From contig CAJIZT010000009.1 of NCBI GenBank assembly GCA_905182015.1, positions 6,469 to 70,468 on the forward strand: a DNA stretch of 64,000 nucleotides, in the 5' to 3' direction. Below the pieces are notes generated by a model. That model was not told where the DNA came from. It was given only the letters and a program-made list of their open reading frames with translations, and did no database searches. Shown here piece after piece: positions 50,015 through 60,757 of this stretch. Made by a program: the position numbers and the translations under genes. How positions within the stretch are numbered: the first letter of the stretch is position 1; every line of letters starts with the position of its first letter. The DNA comes from an alpha proteobacterium MED-G09. Lineage in GTDB: Bacteria; Pseudomonadota; Alphaproteobacteria; MED-G09.

Positions 50015-50809
50015 ATGAAAAATATTATTCTAAATATTGACCCAGTAGCGATTTCAATAGGACCAATAAATATATACTGGTATGGAATTGCTTATATGCT
50101 AGGCATGTTGCTTGGGCTTTATTACGCAAAAAAAATAGTTAATAAACAAAAGATAAACTCCGACTTAAGCATTGATCAACGTGATATTGATGAGATATTT
50201 CTTTGGATAGTTGTTGGTATAATACTTGGCTCACGCATAGGTTATGCATTATTTTATAATATAGATTTTTATATCGCCAACCCAATTTCAATATTTGCCT
50301 TATGGAGGGGAGGGATGTCATTCCATGGGGGTGTGATAGGAGTGTTAGTGGCAATAATTTCTTACTCATATTTATACAAGAAGCCTATTTTAGAGCTAGG
50401 GGATGTTATTTGCGCCGTGGTTCCAATTGGATTATTTTTTGGAAGAATAGCAAATTTTATTAATGGTGAGTTGTGGGGTAAAGTTACAAACGTACCTTGG
50501 GGTGTGGTATTTCCAAGAGCTGGTGAATATCCACGTCACCCCAGTCAATTATATGAGGCTGGTCTTGAGGGAATACTTTTATTTATGATTCTAGCAGCTT
50601 TAATCGCCAGTAAAGGACTAAAAAAGAGAGGGCTGATTAGCGGATATTTCTTATTGGTATACTCCCTGTCAAGAATTCTAATTGAATTTTTCCGTGAACC
50701 AGATCACCATATTGGTTATATAATTCCCAATGTAACTATGGGAATTATTCTATCTATTCCCCTTATGTTAATAGGTTTAATTTTAGTAATTAACTCTGTA
50801 AAGAAATGA
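50015..50809 (+). CDS. lgt: prolipoprotein diacylglyceryl transferase
   Basis: I.WYGI.YM.G, GGMSFHGG and GR..NFINGELWG motifs, plus HPSQLYEA. Confidence 0.95.
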   Translation: MKNIILNIDPVAISIGPINIYWYGIAYMLGMLLGLYYAKKIVNKQKINSDLSIDQRDIDEIFLWIVVGIILGSRIGYALFYNIDFYIANPISIFALWRGGMSFHGGVIGVLVAIISYSYLYKKPILELGDVICAVVPIGLFFGRIANFINGELWGKVTNVPWGVVFPRAGEYPRHPSQLYEAGLEGILLFMILAALIASKGLKKRGLISGYFLLVYSLSRILIEFFREPDHHIGYIIPNVTMGIILSIPLMLIGLILVINSVKK

Positions 50810-51873
50810 CACCTGTTAAAAGAAAAATTAAAGATATTATCTTACATAAAGGTCCCTTGTCGATAGCTGACTTTATGACGGTAGCACTCACCGACTCCGA
50901 ACATGGGTATTATAGAAAAAAAATGCCTCTCGGCTCGAAGGGAGACTTTGTAACTTCTCCAGATATCTCACAAATATTCGGTGAAATAATTGGTATTTGG
51001 ATATTGGCTTTATTTACAAAAAAAGAAAAATTTAAAGAAATACAAATAGTGGATCTAGGTGGCGGAAGAGGAACCCTCCTTAGTGATATTAAAAGAGTGT
51101 TAGGGGCTAAGGTAACTAATTATATATTCTTAGATATTAATAATAAGTTAATTAAAATCCAAAAAAAAAATATTAAAGAATCACTTCACTTTAGAAGACT
51201 CGAGGATATACCAGAAAAACCAACAATTTTTATTGGTAATGAGTTCCTGGATACCTTTCCAGTCAATCAATTTATTAAAAACAAAGATTGCTGGAGAGAG
51301 ATTTGTATCGATAATGGAGATCAAGAATTAATATTTTGTCATAAGAAAACAAAACTTTCTAAACTTCTAGATAGTCAAAAATTAATTAATATAAAAATAA
51401 ACGCTATTATTGAAATAAACTTTAGAAGTAGAAATTTTATTAAGAAAATATCAAGCTTTATAAAAAGAAATAATGGTGGAGCACTTTTTTTTGATTATGG
51501 TTATACGGATGGATATGGTGATACACTACAGGCAATAAAAGGTAGTGAATTTGTGAATCCCTTAAATGAACCCGGTCTTGCGGACATAACAAGTCATGTA
51601 GATTTTAGGGATATAATCACTCAAGCAAAAGATAGTATGGTTGATGTTTGGGGTCCAGATACTCAAGGTTCATTTTTAATAAAAATGGGGGCCATTGAGA
51701 GACTCAAATCTTTAGAAAGAATGAGCGATGTTAAAACAAAAAAGGAATTACGCTTAGGTTTAAGTCGTCTTATCGATGAGGATAAAATGGGGAAACTGTT
51801 TAAAGTATTTGCAATCACGTCAAATAAATTCCCCTCGCCCGAGGGGTTTACTTGTGGTACAACGAGCACTTAA
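50806..51873 (+). CDS. DUF185/MidA-family SAM-dependent methyltransferase (NDUFAF7 homologue)
   Basis: YY........G..GDF.TSP.ISQ.FGE, LGGGRGTL, NEFLD.FPV and D.T.HVDF motifs. ATGA overlap with lgt. Confidence 0.85.
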   Translation: MTPVKRKIKDIILHKGPLSIADFMTVALTDSEHGYYRKKMPLGSKGDFVTSPDISQIFGEIIGIWILALFTKKEKFKEIQIVDLGGGRGTLLSDIKRVLGAKVTNYIFLDINNKLIKIQKKNIKESLHFRRLEDIPEKPTIFIGNEFLDTFPVNQFIKNKDCWREICIDNGDQELIFCHKKTKLSKLLDSQKLINIKINAIIEINFRSRNFIKKISSFIKRNNGGALFFDYGYTDGYGDTLQAIKGSEFVNPLNEPGLADITSHVDFRDIITQAKDSMVDVWGPDTQGSFLIKMGAIERLKSLERMSDVKTKKELRLGLSRLIDEDKMGKLFKVFAITSNKFPSPEGFTCGTTST

Positions 51874-51906
51874 CACAATTAATCAATCGAATACTGGTGA
51901 GGTCGA

Positions 51907-52839
51907 ATGAAATTAGTCACAGGAAATTCAAACTTAACTCTAGCAAAAAAAATAGCTGACTATGCGGACGTTAATCTATCAAAGTGCGATGTAAAAAGGT
52001 TTGCAGATAAAGAAATTTTTGTTGAAATGCATGAAAATGTTCGTGGAGAAGATGTTTTTGTAATTCAATCAACATCGTTCCCTGTAAACGATAATTTAAT
52101 GGAACTTTTAATCATTATTGATACCCTCCGAAGAGCGTCGGCTAAAAGGATAACGGCCGTAATACCTTATTTTGGATATGCCAGACAAGACAGAAAGCCC
52201 GGCCCAAGAACTCCTATTACATCAAAACTAGTAGCAAATATGATTGATAAAGCAGGAGCAGACAGGGTCTTGACAATGGACCTGCATGCAGGACAAATAC
52301 AGGGCTTCTTTGATATTCCTACTGACAATTTATTCGCTGCGCCGGCTTTAACATCAAACATTAAAAATAAAATAAATGATAATAGCCCTATTATTGTCTC
52401 TCCTGATGTTGGTGGTGTTGTAAGGGCTAGAATAATAGCAAGTAGAATTGGAACTGACTTAGCAATAGTAGATAAAAGGAGGGAGAAAGCTGGGGATTCT
52501 GAAGTAATGAATATTATTGGTGATGTAACCGGTCGAACATGCTTTATAATAGATGATATAGTTGATTCAGCTGGAACACTCTGCAACGCTTCTGACGCTC
52601 TTTTAAAAAAGGGGGCTAAAGAAGTATACGCATATGTAACACATGCCGTATTGTCTGGTGAGGCTGTTAAAAGGGTCAATCAATCATCACTAGAAAAACT
52701 AGTTGTGACTGATACGATTGAAGAATCAAATTTAGTAAAAAAATCTGATAAAGTAGAGGTTATCTCTATCTCTTCTCTCCTGGGAGAGGCAATAAAAAGG
52801 ATCGCTGATGAAAAATCTGTATCAAGTTTGTTTGATTAA
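51907..52839 (+). CDS. prs: ribose-phosphate pyrophosphokinase
   Basis: [10 protein letters not shown], the [13 protein letters not shown] motif, and the PRPP loop [11 protein letters not shown]. Confidence 0.96.
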   Translation: MKLVTGNSNLTLAKKIADYADVNLSKCDVKRFADKEIFVEMHENVRGEDVFVIQSTSFPVNDNLMELLIIIDTLRRASAKRITAVIPYFGYARQDRKPGPRTPITSKLVANMIDKAGADRVLTMDLHAGQIQGFFDIPTDNLFAAPALTSNIKNKINDNSPIIVSPDVGGVVRARIIASRIGTDLAIVDKRREKAGDSEVMNIIGDVTGRTCFIIDDIVDSAGTLCNASDALLKKGAKEVYAYVTHAVLSGEAVKRVNQSSLEKLVVTDTIEESNLVKKSDKVEVISISSLLGEAIKRIADEKSVSSLFD

Positions 52840-52910
52840 CTTGATTTGATCTTAAAGCGGGGGTATAACCCGCCACAGGAAAAATTTTAATTATATTTTG
52901 GAGAAAGAGG

Positions 52911-53603
52911 ATGGCAGAAACCACCTTATTAAAGGCTGAAGAAAGAAAAGATACAGGTAAATCATTTGCGCGGGCTGTGAGAAAGGAAGGTAAAATTCCT
53001 TGCATAGTGTATGGAGATGATAAAGAACCACTTTCAGTAAGCGTTAGCAGTAAAGAAACATTAAAACTTTATAACACTGGTAAAATGTTATCACAGCTAA
53101 TTGATGTTGAAGTATTAAATGGCGAAAAATTTAAAGCAATCTCAAAAGATATTCAATTACACCCTGTTAAAGGAAATATTATTCATATTGATTTTCTTCG
53201 TCTTGGCGCTAATTCAAGAATTTCAGTTGAGGTATCTGTAGCTTTCTTGAATGAAGAAGAATCTCCTGGAATAAAGGCTGGTGGCGTTCTAAATATCAGT
53301 AGGTATACAGTTGAATTAGATTGTCCTGCGACCGACATACCAATGGGTGTAGAGGTTGATTTAACAGGTTTAGAAATTGGCGATACTATTCACCTATCTG
53401 ATATAAAACTGCCTGAGGGTATTGTATCGGCTATTACGGAAAGAGATATTACTGTCGCTAGCATTGCCGCTCCTAAGACTGAAGAGGAAATGGATGCTCT
53501 TGATGCCGCAGAATCTGATAAACCTGAAGGTACAGAAGAGGATTCAGAATCAGAAGAAGATTCAGATTCAGATACAACCGAAGAATCAGAAGAGAAGGAA
53601 TAA
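52911..53603 (+). CDS. rplY: 50S ribosomal protein L25/general stress protein Ctc, with acidic C-terminal tail
   Basis: R...GK..AR..R..G.IP...YG, the HP....I.H.DF motif, and a GGAG Shine-Dalgarno sequence 8 nt upstream. The tail is EEDSESEEDSDSDTTEESEEKE. Confidence 0.93.
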   Translation: MAETTLLKAEERKDTGKSFARAVRKEGKIPCIVYGDDKEPLSVSVSSKETLKLYNTGKMLSQLIDVEVLNGEKFKAISKDIQLHPVKGNIIHIDFLRLGANSRISVEVSVAFLNEEESPGIKAGGVLNISRYTVELDCPATDIPMGVEVDLTGLEIGDTIHLSDIKLPEGIVSAITERDITVASIAAPKTEEEMDALDAAESDKPEGTEEDSESEEDSDSDTTEESEEKE

Positions 53604-53612
53604 TTAACCACC

Positions 53613-54197
53613 TTGGCTTTATCAAACGATACAATACTTTTTGTTGGACTAGGAAATCCTGGCGAAAAACATAAAAATAATCGACATAATGTTGGATTCA
53701 TGGCTTTGGATAAAGTTTCATCCTTCCATAAATTTGGAAGAAGTAGGACTAAATTTTTAGGCAGAACATCAATGGGTGCGATAGATGAGAGAAAGCTAAT
53801 ATCTTTCAAGCCACAAACCTTTATGAATGAATCTGGTCGTGCTGTAAGAGAGGCCTCGAATTTTTATAAAATACCCCCTGGAAGAATTATTGTATTTCAT
53901 GATGAACTAGACCTTCCTTTTGGTGAGGTTAGAGTCAAAAAAGGTGGAAGTGACGCAGGACATAATGGATTAAAATCAATCGATGAGAATATTGGCAAAG
54001 ATTATTACAGAATAAGAATAGGTATTAGTCATCCGGGTGATAAAGAAAAAGTAACAAACCATGTTTTAGGTGATTTATCAAAAGAAGACTCTGAAAATCT
54101 TGAAAAAATATTATCCTCAATTGCTAAAAATATTACTATATTGATTGACGGCGACGAAAAGAAATTTCAAAAAAATATAGTCCAAATAAAGAAATAA
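53613..54197 (+). CDS. pth: peptidyl-tRNA hydrolase
   Basis: VGLGNPG..H...RHNVGF, the FMNESG motif and GHNGLKSI. TTG start. Confidence 0.93.
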   Translation: MALSNDTILFVGLGNPGEKHKNNRHNVGFMALDKVSSFHKFGRSRTKFLGRTSMGAIDERKLISFKPQTFMNESGRAVREASNFYKIPPGRIIVFHDELDLPFGEVRVKKGGSDAGHNGLKSIDENIGKDYYRIRIGISHPGDKEKVTNHVLGDLSKEDSENLEKILSSIAKNITILIDGDEKKFQKNIVQIKK

Positions 54198-54202
54198 ACT
54201 GA

Positions 54203-55300
54203 ATGGGCTTTCGTTGCGGAATAATAGGTTTGCCGAACGTTGGAAAGTCTACTTTATTTAATGCGCTCACGAGAACTTCCCTTGCTCAGTCAGAAAATTA
54301 TCCTTTTTGTACAATAGAGCCTAATATTGGTGAGGTAGATGTACCTGATGATCGTCTAGAGATTTTATCAGAAATAAATGAATCCATCCAGATTCTTCCA
54401 GCAAGACTAACATTTGTTGATATTGCAGGATTAGTTAAAGGCGCGTCACAAGGAGAGGGTCTAGGAAACCAATTCCTCTCTAACATTAGAGAAGTTGATG
54501 CTGTTGCACACGTAGTTCGCTGTTTTGAGGATGATAATATTACTCATGTTAACGGCTATATTAACCCCCTTGAAGATATAGAAATTATCGAAACAGAATT
54601 ACTGCTATCGGATATTGGTAATTTAGAAAAAAGAGCAAGCTCTCTTGAGAAGAAGGCAAAAGGAAGTGATAAAGAGGCAAAAGAAAAACTATTGTTAGTC
54701 AATAAAATTTTAGAAGAACTAAACAAAGGATTAATATTTGACGAATCTGAATTAGATGAAACTAATAAAAAATATTTCTCAGAATTTAGTTTATTATCAA
54801 GCAAAAGAATGATCTATGTTTGTAATGTTAACGAAGAAAGCGCAAGCTCCGGTAATAAATACTCTAAGGTAGTGGAGGAATATGCGGCCTCAAAAAAAAT
54901 AAAGGTTGCAAGAATTTCAGCCAGCATAGAAAGTCAAATTTCACAATTAAGTGATGAAGAAAGAGATGAATACATAGATTCCCTTGAGCTGGAAGAACCA
55001 GGTTTAAACACTCTTATTAGAGAGGGCTATTCAACTCTGGACCTCGTTACATATTTTACCTCAGGACCAAAAGAAACTAGAGCCTGGACAATCAAAAGAT
55101 TTACTCTTGCACCAGAGTCTGCTGGAAAAATTCATACAGATTTTGAAAAAGGATTTATTAGAGCGGAAACTATTAATTACGAAGAATTAATAAAATTCAA
55201 TGACTTTCAAAAAGCTAAAGATGCAGGAAAGGTAAGATTAGAAGGCAAGGAGTATGAAGTTCAGGATGGTGATATAATGAACTTTCGCTTTAATAATTAG
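54203..55300 (+). CDS. ychF: redox-regulated ribosome-binding ATPase YchF
   Basis: [37 protein letters not shown], and a TGS domain at the C-terminus (GFIRAE). Confidence 0.96.
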   Translation: MGFRCGIIGLPNVGKSTLFNALTRTSLAQSENYPFCTIEPNIGEVDVPDDRLEILSEINESIQILPARLTFVDIAGLVKGASQGEGLGNQFLSNIREVDAVAHVVRCFEDDNITHVNGYINPLEDIEIIETELLLSDIGNLEKRASSLEKKAKGSDKEAKEKLLLVNKILEELNKGLIFDESELDETNKKYFSEFSLLSSKRMIYVCNVNEESASSGNKYSKVVEEYAASKKIKVARISASIESQISQLSDEERDEYIDSLELEEPGLNTLIREGYSTLDLVTYFTSGPKETRAWTIKRFTLAPESAGKIHTDFEKGFIRAETINYEELIKFNDFQKAKDAGKVRLEGKEYEVQDGDIMNFRFNN

Positions 55301-56083
55301 TTAATGAACATCTTTGAATAATCTTCTTACACTAAAGAACATTAGGATAAGAAAAATAAATAAAAATCCCATAACTATCAGACCAAGGCTTTTTCTTTCT
55401 TCCATAGTTGGTTCTGCAGCCCACGCAAGGAAGTTCGCGACATCATAGGACATTTGCGAAATACTAGCTATTGTTCCATCATCATACTCAACCATTTCAT
55501 CGTATAGAGGCTGAGCCATTGCTATGGCGCTTCCAGAGAACCAGGGGTTGTAACTTAAAGATTCATCAATATGCATACTTTCAGGCATAGGCTCCTCGTA
55601 GCCACTTAAAAGAGAGTATATATAATTAGCGCCATCAGAACGAGCTTTAACAATTAATGATAAGTCTGGGGGGTAAGCACCATTATTCGATGCTTTAGCC
55701 GCATCTTTATTATCAAAAGGAGGTTGGAACCGATCGCTAGGAACTCTGCTTCTTTCAATAGGATCACCATATTCATCTGAGCCATCCAGTATAAAATACT
55801 CGGAAGCAATCTCCTTTACTTTATTGATTGAAAACTCCGGCCCTCCCGGCTGAGATAAATTTCTAAATGATAGTTGTTTCATTCCGTGGCAAGATGAGCA
55901 AACCTCAGAGTACACCTGATAGCCCCTTTTAAGGCTCTCACGATCAAATTTTCCAAAAGGACCTTCAAACGAAAAATTTGGTTTTAAATTTTTAAATGTC
56001 TCATCGCCTGATGCCAACAAATTTTGATTATTGCTGAAAAAAACAATTGTAAGTAAAATGATTATTGCTTGCGTTAACCTCAT
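55301..56083 (-). CDS. petC: ubiquinol-cytochrome c reductase, cytochrome c1 subunit
   Basis: Signal peptide, the heme-binding motif CSSCHG, PPDLS, and a C-terminal TM anchor. Its stop abuts the ychF stop. Confidence 0.92.
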   Translation of the reverse strand: MRLTQAIIILLTIVFFSNNQNLLASGDETFKNLKPNFSFEGPFGKFDRESLKRGYQVYSEVCSSCHGMKQLSFRNLSQPGGPEFSINKVKEIASEYFILDGSDEYGDPIERSRVPSDRFQPPFDNKDAAKASNNGAYPPDLSLIVKARSDGANYIYSLLSGYEEPMPESMHIDESLSYNPWFSGSAIAMAQPLYDEMVEYDDGTIASISQMSYDVANFLAWAAEPTMEERKSLGLIVMGFLFIFLILMFFSVRRLFKDVH

Positions 56084-56094
56084 AATAATATTTC

Positions 56095-57357
56095 CTAATT
56101 ATTTATAGAAAGAGCTGGATTTTTGTCAGTTCCTAAATCAGTATTTATAGCAGAATTCGATATACCAATTGGCATTGGTGATGGCTTTTCGTATCGACTA
56201 AGAATAGGCATTACAACCAAGAAGAAGGCAAAATAATAAATTGTACAGACCCTAGATAAGAACAAATAAAGACCTTCAGGCGCCTGCCCTCCTAAGTAAC
56301 CAAGAAGAAAACAGGTGAGCAGGAAGGTAAAGTAAAATATTTTGTAGGTTGGCCTATATCGTGCTGATTTAACCTTCATAGTATCGAGCCAAGGTAAGAA
56401 AAATAAGACAACTATAGAACCAAACATTAAAAGGACTCCCATTAATTTATCCGGAACTGCTCTCAAAATTGCATAAAAAGGTAACAGGTACCACTCTGGT
56501 ACAATATGGGCTGGGGTTACCATGGCGTCAGCTTCAATATAATTATCAGGGTGACCTAAAATATTTGGATTATAAAAAATAAAATAAGCAAACATTAGGA
56601 GAAACACTACGTAAGCAAATAAATCTTTTACTGTGTAGTATGGGTGAAAAGAAATTGTATCATTAGTGTTTTTGACTGATATCCCTGTTGGGTTGTTATT
56701 TCCTGTTACGTGAAGTGCCCATATGTGAAGTATAACAACTCCAAAAATAACAAAGGGAAGAAGATAGTGTAGGCTAAAGAAACGATTCAAAGTTGGATTA
56801 TCAACGCTGAATCCTCCAAGTAAGAGTGTTAGAATAGATTCACCAACTAAAGGAATAGCTCCAACTAGATTAGTAATAACAGTTGCACCCCAAAAACTCA
56901 TCTGGCCCCACACAAGAACATAACCCATGAAAGCTGTGATAATCATCAAAAGAAAAATAACAACACCAAGTATCCACAAGATTTCTCGTGGCTCTTTGTA
57001 GGAACCATAATATAAACCTCTAAACATATGGATAAAGACTGCCAAGAAAAACATTGAAGCGCCATTTGCGTGAATATAGCGAATAAGCCAACCATAGTTA
57101 ACATCGCGCATTATATGCTCTATGCTATCAAATGCCATTAAGACATGAGGGGTATAGTGCATTGCCAACACAATACCTGTAATAATTTGAGTAACTAGAC
57201 ACAGTGTAAGAATAAAACCAAATGTCCAAAAATAATTTAAATTTCTTGGAGTAGGAAAACTTAAAAGATTTTCATCGGCAAAACGGATAAGGGGCAATCT
57301 CTTATCTAGCCACTTAGTAAAAGCATTTCCTGGAGTATATTCATAATCATGATTCAT
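56095..57357 (-). CDS. petB: ubiquinol-cytochrome c reductase, cytochrome b subunit
   Basis: Polytopic protein with WN.G, RY.HANGAS.FF, and [13 protein letters not shown] motifs. Confidence 0.96.
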   Translation of the reverse strand: MNHDYEYTPGNAFTKWLDKRLPLIRFADENLLSFPTPRNLNYFWTFGFILTLCLVTQIITGIVLAMHYTPHVLMAFDSIEHIMRDVNYGWLIRYIHANGASMFFLAVFIHMFRGLYYGSYKEPREILWILGVVIFLLMIITAFMGYVLVWGQMSFWGATVITNLVGAIPLVGESILTLLLGGFSVDNPTLNRFFSLHYLLPFVIFGVVILHIWALHVTGNNNPTGISVKNTNDTISFHPYYTVKDLFAYVVFLLMFAYFIFYNPNILGHPDNYIEADAMVTPAHIVPEWYLLPFYAILRAVPDKLMGVLLMFGSIVVLFFLPWLDTMKVKSARYRPTYKIFYFTFLLTCFLLGYLGGQAPEGLYLFLSRVCTIYYFAFFLVVMPILSRYEKPSPMPIGISNSAINTDLGTDKNPALSINN

Positions 57358-57363
57358 AGCTAA

Positions 57364-57885
57364 TTATCCAATTTTAATAATATTTTCATTAACAAATTCA
57401 TAGGGTGGTACTTCCAAGTTTGTTGGTGCCGGACCTTTTCTAATTCTTCCAGAGATATCATAGTGAGAGCCATGGCATGGACAGAACCAACCCCCGAAAT
57501 CACCTTTATCCGCAATAGGTATGCAACCCAAATGAGTACAAACGCCAACAACAACTAACCACTCTTTATTTTTAACTCTATCAGCATCGTTTTGAGGATC
57601 AGGTAAATTTTCGTTATCTTCTTTTTCAGCAATCTCAATCTCTTCTTTAGTTCTTCGCCTAATAAAGACAGGTTTACCTCTCCAAGCAATTTTTAATGAC
57701 CCGCCTTCGGGTATTGATGAAATATCAGTTTCAACACTAGATAGCGCAGACACTGATGCGTCTGGATTTAATTGGTCTATCAAAGGCCAGGCAACAGCTG
57801 CTGCTCCAGTTGCCCCAAAAACTGCTGTTGTAATATATAGAAAGTCTCTTCGTGTTGGTTTTTTTTCTTTAGTTTTATTGGTCAT
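57364..57885 (-). CDS. petA: ubiquinol-cytochrome c reductase, Rieske iron-sulfur subunit
   Basis: Tat-like RRDFL N-terminus and the Rieske boxes CTHLGC and CPCHGS. Confidence 0.96.
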   Translation of the reverse strand: MTNKTKEKKPTRRDFLYITTAVFGATGAAAVAWPLIDQLNPDASVSALSSVETDISSIPEGGSLKIAWRGKPVFIRRRTKEEIEIAEKEDNENLPDPQNDADRVKNKEWLVVVGVCTHLGCIPIADKGDFGGWFCPCHGSHYDISGRIRKGPAPTNLEVPPYEFVNENIIKIG

Positions 57886-57982
57886 TTATTTACCACTTGT
57901 ATATTTCATTTTGCTAATCTGTATGTGATATCTTGATAGGAAAGTAAAGAAAATATTTAATGATGCGACATAATAATGCACC

Positions 57983-59242
57983 TCAAATTAAATTAGTTTT
58001 ATCTTTCACTAGCTGCTTAAGATCATCAAGTAATAATACCCTATCCTTATTAAAATCAGATAAAATCCATGAATTTTCTAAATCTTTTAAAATTTCCCCA
58101 AGAATAGGCCCTTCCTCAACATCACAAGCCATAACATCTGAACCTCCCAAAGGAAAAACAGGTCTTTCCCATGCATGAATAATTGCGAATAAAGTCTTCC
58201 ACTTGATATCGTTTGAGATATTCAGGTCCTTTGACCAACAGAATCTAATAATATCTCTACAATTTTCCCTACCATGTAGATAAAGAAGTTTTCTCAATTC
58301 CTTTTCCGATGCATTGAGTGAAATAATATGATTTTTGTTGGTTAAGAATCTTATCTTTTCTTTTTGTTTATTTGAAAAATTAAACATATGCATCTGATCG
58401 GGGGGAATATTATGCATAAAAACTAACGAAACAAACCTTAGAACAGGATTGGGAGTAAGTGTATTTTCTAGATCAATATCAACCATTCTATAAAAAACTA
58501 AACAATCAGTTCTGGAATTAAAAATAATATCTAAAATACCAATACGAAGCATCGCATCAATCACAGCTTTTGATCTTGGGGCGAGTAATATTTTAAAAAA
58601 TTCATTCTGTACTCTATCGGGCGATAGCTTTATCAAATTAAATTTTAATTCTTCGCATGCCTCAAGAGCCTCAGATGAAAGGAAATTTTCTTTACCACCA
58701 TGATCACCACTATAGTATGCGTTAAATCTAAAAAATCTTAGTATACGGAGATAGTCTTCATTTATCCTTTGCCTTGAATCACCAATAAAAATAATTTTTT
58801 TTTCAGTTAGATCAGAAATTCCCTTATGCGGATCAAAAATTTTACCCTCACTTGATAAGTAAATAGAATTAATCGTAAAATCTCTTCTATCAGAATCTAG
58901 CTCCCAGTCATCTGTGAATCTAACCTTCGCATGCCGTCCATCTGTCTTGGTGTCCAATCTAAGGGTAGTAATTTCAAAATTAAACTTATCTGTAAAAACA
59001 GAAATGGTTCCATGCTCAATTCCGGTTGGAACAAACCTAATAGAGTTAGAGGATAAAATTTCAATGATTTTATCAGGCCTGTGTTTTGTGGCTATATCAA
59101 TATCAGAAGACGTGAGACCGACAAGGGAATCCCTTACGCACCCGCCAACAAAACGAGCCATATCTTCACCCTCATTTAACAGAGACATAATCTTCTTACT
59201 CATCTTATCGTTCATAAAAATTTTTTGAATGGAATTGATCAT
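57983..59242 (-). CDS. cca: CCA-adding tRNA nucleotidyltransferase / poly(A) polymerase family protein
   Basis: Head-domain motifs GGCVRD, DIDIAT and RRDFTIN. Confidence 0.88.
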   Translation of the reverse strand: MINSIQKIFMNDKMSKKIMSLLNEGEDMARFVGGCVRDSLVGLTSSDIDIATKHRPDKIIEILSSNSIRFVPTGIEHGTISVFTDKFNFEITTLRLDTKTDGRHAKVRFTDDWELDSDRRDFTINSIYLSSEGKIFDPHKGISDLTEKKIIFIGDSRQRINEDYLRILRFFRFNAYYSGDHGGKENFLSSEALEACEELKFNLIKLSPDRVQNEFFKILLAPRSKAVIDAMLRIGILDIIFNSRTDCLVFYRMVDIDLENTLTPNPVLRFVSLVFMHNIPPDQMHMFNFSNKQKEKIRFLTNKNHIISLNASEKELRKLLYLHGRENCRDIIRFCWSKDLNISNDIKWKTLFAIIHAWERPVFPLGGSDVMACDVEEGPILGEILKDLENSWILSDFNKDRVLLLDDLKQLVKDKTNLI

Positions 59243-59488
59243 TTATTCTGTAAAGTGTCCTTCTTTAAATTCTCCGTCAATAACTCTAGGGTGATTATAT
59301 TTTTTATTCATTAACGTATCGGAAAAAAATACAGAAGAGAATAAACTTGAGATCATTAGAAATAAACCAATGATCAGAGGCCAAAAGAATCTTAAATGAA
59401 CAATCCTGCCCTTGGATAAAACAACCCATAGTATATATACCACAAGAGGAGATAAAAAAATTAACAGGTAATATAAAACTCTAATCAA
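59243..59488 (-). CDS. small hypothetical membrane protein (two predicted TM helices)
   Basis: 81 codons filling the gap between the NUDIX gene and cca exactly. Its TTG start overlaps the NUDIX stop (TTGA) and its stop abuts the cca start. There is no recognisable motif and no ATG start. Confidence 0.45.
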   Translation of the reverse strand: MIRVLYYLLIFLSPLVVYILWVVLSKGRIVHLRFFWPLIIGLFLMISSLFSSVFFSDTLMNKKYNHPRVIDGEFKEGHFTE

Positions 59489-60114
59489 AACTTAATAATC
59501 CTTTCATATAAATTTCTTATCATTCCTGCCGTTGCTCCCCATATCTTATATCCCTCATAAGGCATTGTGTAATATTTTCTTACCGACCCTTTCCATTCGC
59601 CTGACTGTAACTGGTGATTTTTTTCATTCATTAAAAATTCAAAAGGTACCTCAAATGTTTCCGCTACTTCAGATTTATCAATTTTTGGAATGAACTTAGG
59701 CTGAATGAAAACAACTACTGGCAATATTCTATACCCTGTGCCTGTTTCATAAGTATCTAGATAGCCACAAAAATTAAAATCAGAATCCTCTAAACCAACT
59801 TCCTCCTTAGCCTCTCTAATTCCAGCAGCAGTAAAGTCTTCACCTTTCTCCACCTTACCTCCAGGAAATGCTATTTGACCCGAATGCTGTTTGAGTTGTT
59901 CCGAACGTCTAGTAAGAAAGAGTTGAGGCTTTTCTCTTTCAACTATACCCACTATCACTGATGCAGGCTTTAAGTCTCGAGGATCCAGTCTATCAGAAGG
60001 CTTATCCATTAAATCAAAGTCACTTTTAGAACCAGGCTCATGATTCAGGCTCGCTGAGGAAGGCGCCCTCTTATCGACAGCCATTAAGATTTTATTTTTC
60101 CATTCTCTATTCAT
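59485..60114 (-). CDS. nudL: NUDIX hydrolase, CoA pyrophosphatase-like
   Basis: NUDIX box GGKVEKGEDFTAAGIREAKEEVGL preceded by the CoA-pyrophosphatase-type pattern LTRRSEQLKQHSGQIAFPGG. Confidence 0.82.
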   Translation of the reverse strand: MNREWKNKILMAVDKRAPSSASLNHEPGSKSDFDLMDKPSDRLDPRDLKPASVIVGIVEREKPQLFLTRRSEQLKQHSGQIAFPGGKVEKGEDFTAAGIREAKEEVGLEDSDFNFCGYLDTYETGTGYRILPVVVFIQPKFIPKIDKSEVAETFEVPFEFLMNEKNHQLQSGEWKGSVRKYYTMPYEGYKIWGATAGMIRNLYERIIKF

Positions 60115-60116
60115 AA

Positions 60117-60686
60117 CTAATCTATTAATTCACTAGCTTTCATAAAGGGAAAAAAGCAGCCACCTGACCAAATACCAAAATAGCCATTAAACTCTTCGCC
60201 AAGATTAACAAGATCATAAAAAACTGAGCGAGAAATTTTAGCCTCAAGCTTACTTCTTACCAAAACATAAGGGGAAGGTTCTTCTGTCTTAGGATCAATA
60301 ATAACTCGAATAGGATACTCCTCTGAAGCAACCACTGTGTCGCCAGTGTTTGTAGAGAAGCTCAACATAGAATCTCTTCCACTACCGGTAATATTAACAT
60401 CTATTGCGATAAACGGAACATCATCAACTTTAATCATAATTTTTTCTACCGGAGTAACTAATACATAGCTACCATCGGCTTCTTTCCTTAAAATTCTAGC
60501 AAATAAGTTAACAATTTTTTTACGCCCAATCGGCGAATTCATATAATGCCAGCTACCATCGCTCTTTATTTCAAGACCAATATCCCCGCAATGGTCAGGA
60601 TTCCATTTTTCAACGGGCGGATAGCCTCCATGAGATTCCTCATTAGCACTTTCAGCACTTTTAATAATATTTTTTAGATCAACCAT
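60117..60686 (-). CDS. DUF1285 family protein
   Basis: I...G.W.Y..SPI.R...V.LFA..L......Y.LVTP.EK..I.V.D.PF pattern. It is the first gene of the conserved DUF1285-NUDIX-cca cluster. Confidence 0.7.
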   Translation of the reverse strand: MVDLKNIIKSAESANEESHGGYPPVEKWNPDHCGDIGLEIKSDGSWHYMNSPIGRKKIVNLFARILRKEADGSYVLVTPVEKIMIKVDDVPFIAIDVNITGSGRDSMLSFSTNTGDTVVASEEYPIRVIIDPKTEEPSPYVLVRSKLEAKISRSVFYDLVNLGEEFNGYFGIWSGGCFFPFMKASELID

Positions 60687-60757
60687 GAAAAAAATATACC
60701 TGATTTGTAATTATTGTTTTATAACAATTTAAATTAATTTTTAGGAGGATAGTAAAT

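Noticed and set aside
52167-52679. Long antisense or alternative-frame ORFs in the track. Examples are 52167-52679 (170 aa, antisense to prs), 53390-53809 (139 aa), 21880-22263 (127 aa), 40169-40516 (115 aa), 35544-35888 (114 aa), 12042-12368 (108 aa), 58914-59228, 61703-62017 and 18674-18979, plus all the 60-90-aa ORFs nested in larger genes.
   Set aside because: Each lies wholly inside a confidently identified gene on the other strand or in another frame. Their composition is low-complexity and Ser/Leu/Phe/Ile-rich, which is typical of shadow frames in AT-rich DNA. They have no motifs and no room for their own expression signals.
52857-52873. A G+C-rich hairpin GCGGG-GGTATAA-CCCGC between prs and rplY, considered as a possible intrinsic terminator or L25 autoregulatory leader.
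   Set aside because: The stem is only 5 bp, and it is followed by CACAGGAAAAATTTT rather than a U-tract. That is too weak to call a terminator, and I know of no conserved L25 leader motif to compare it with.
53530-53600. A repetitive GATTCAGA-rich stretch at the 3' end of rplY, encoding the acidic tail EEDSESEEDSDSDTTEESEEKE.
   Set aside because: Acidic low-complexity C-terminal tails are a known variable feature of long-form L25/Ctc proteins. It is in frame and continuous with the gene.
60713-60728. The palindrome ATTGTT-TTAT-AACAAT in the 71-bp divergent spacer between DUF1285 and the MFE-2-like SDR, considered as a possible TetR/FadR-type operator.
   Set aside because: A 6-bp AT-rich palindrome is expected by chance in spacers of this composition. 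No regulator gene is adjacent and there is no second copy.
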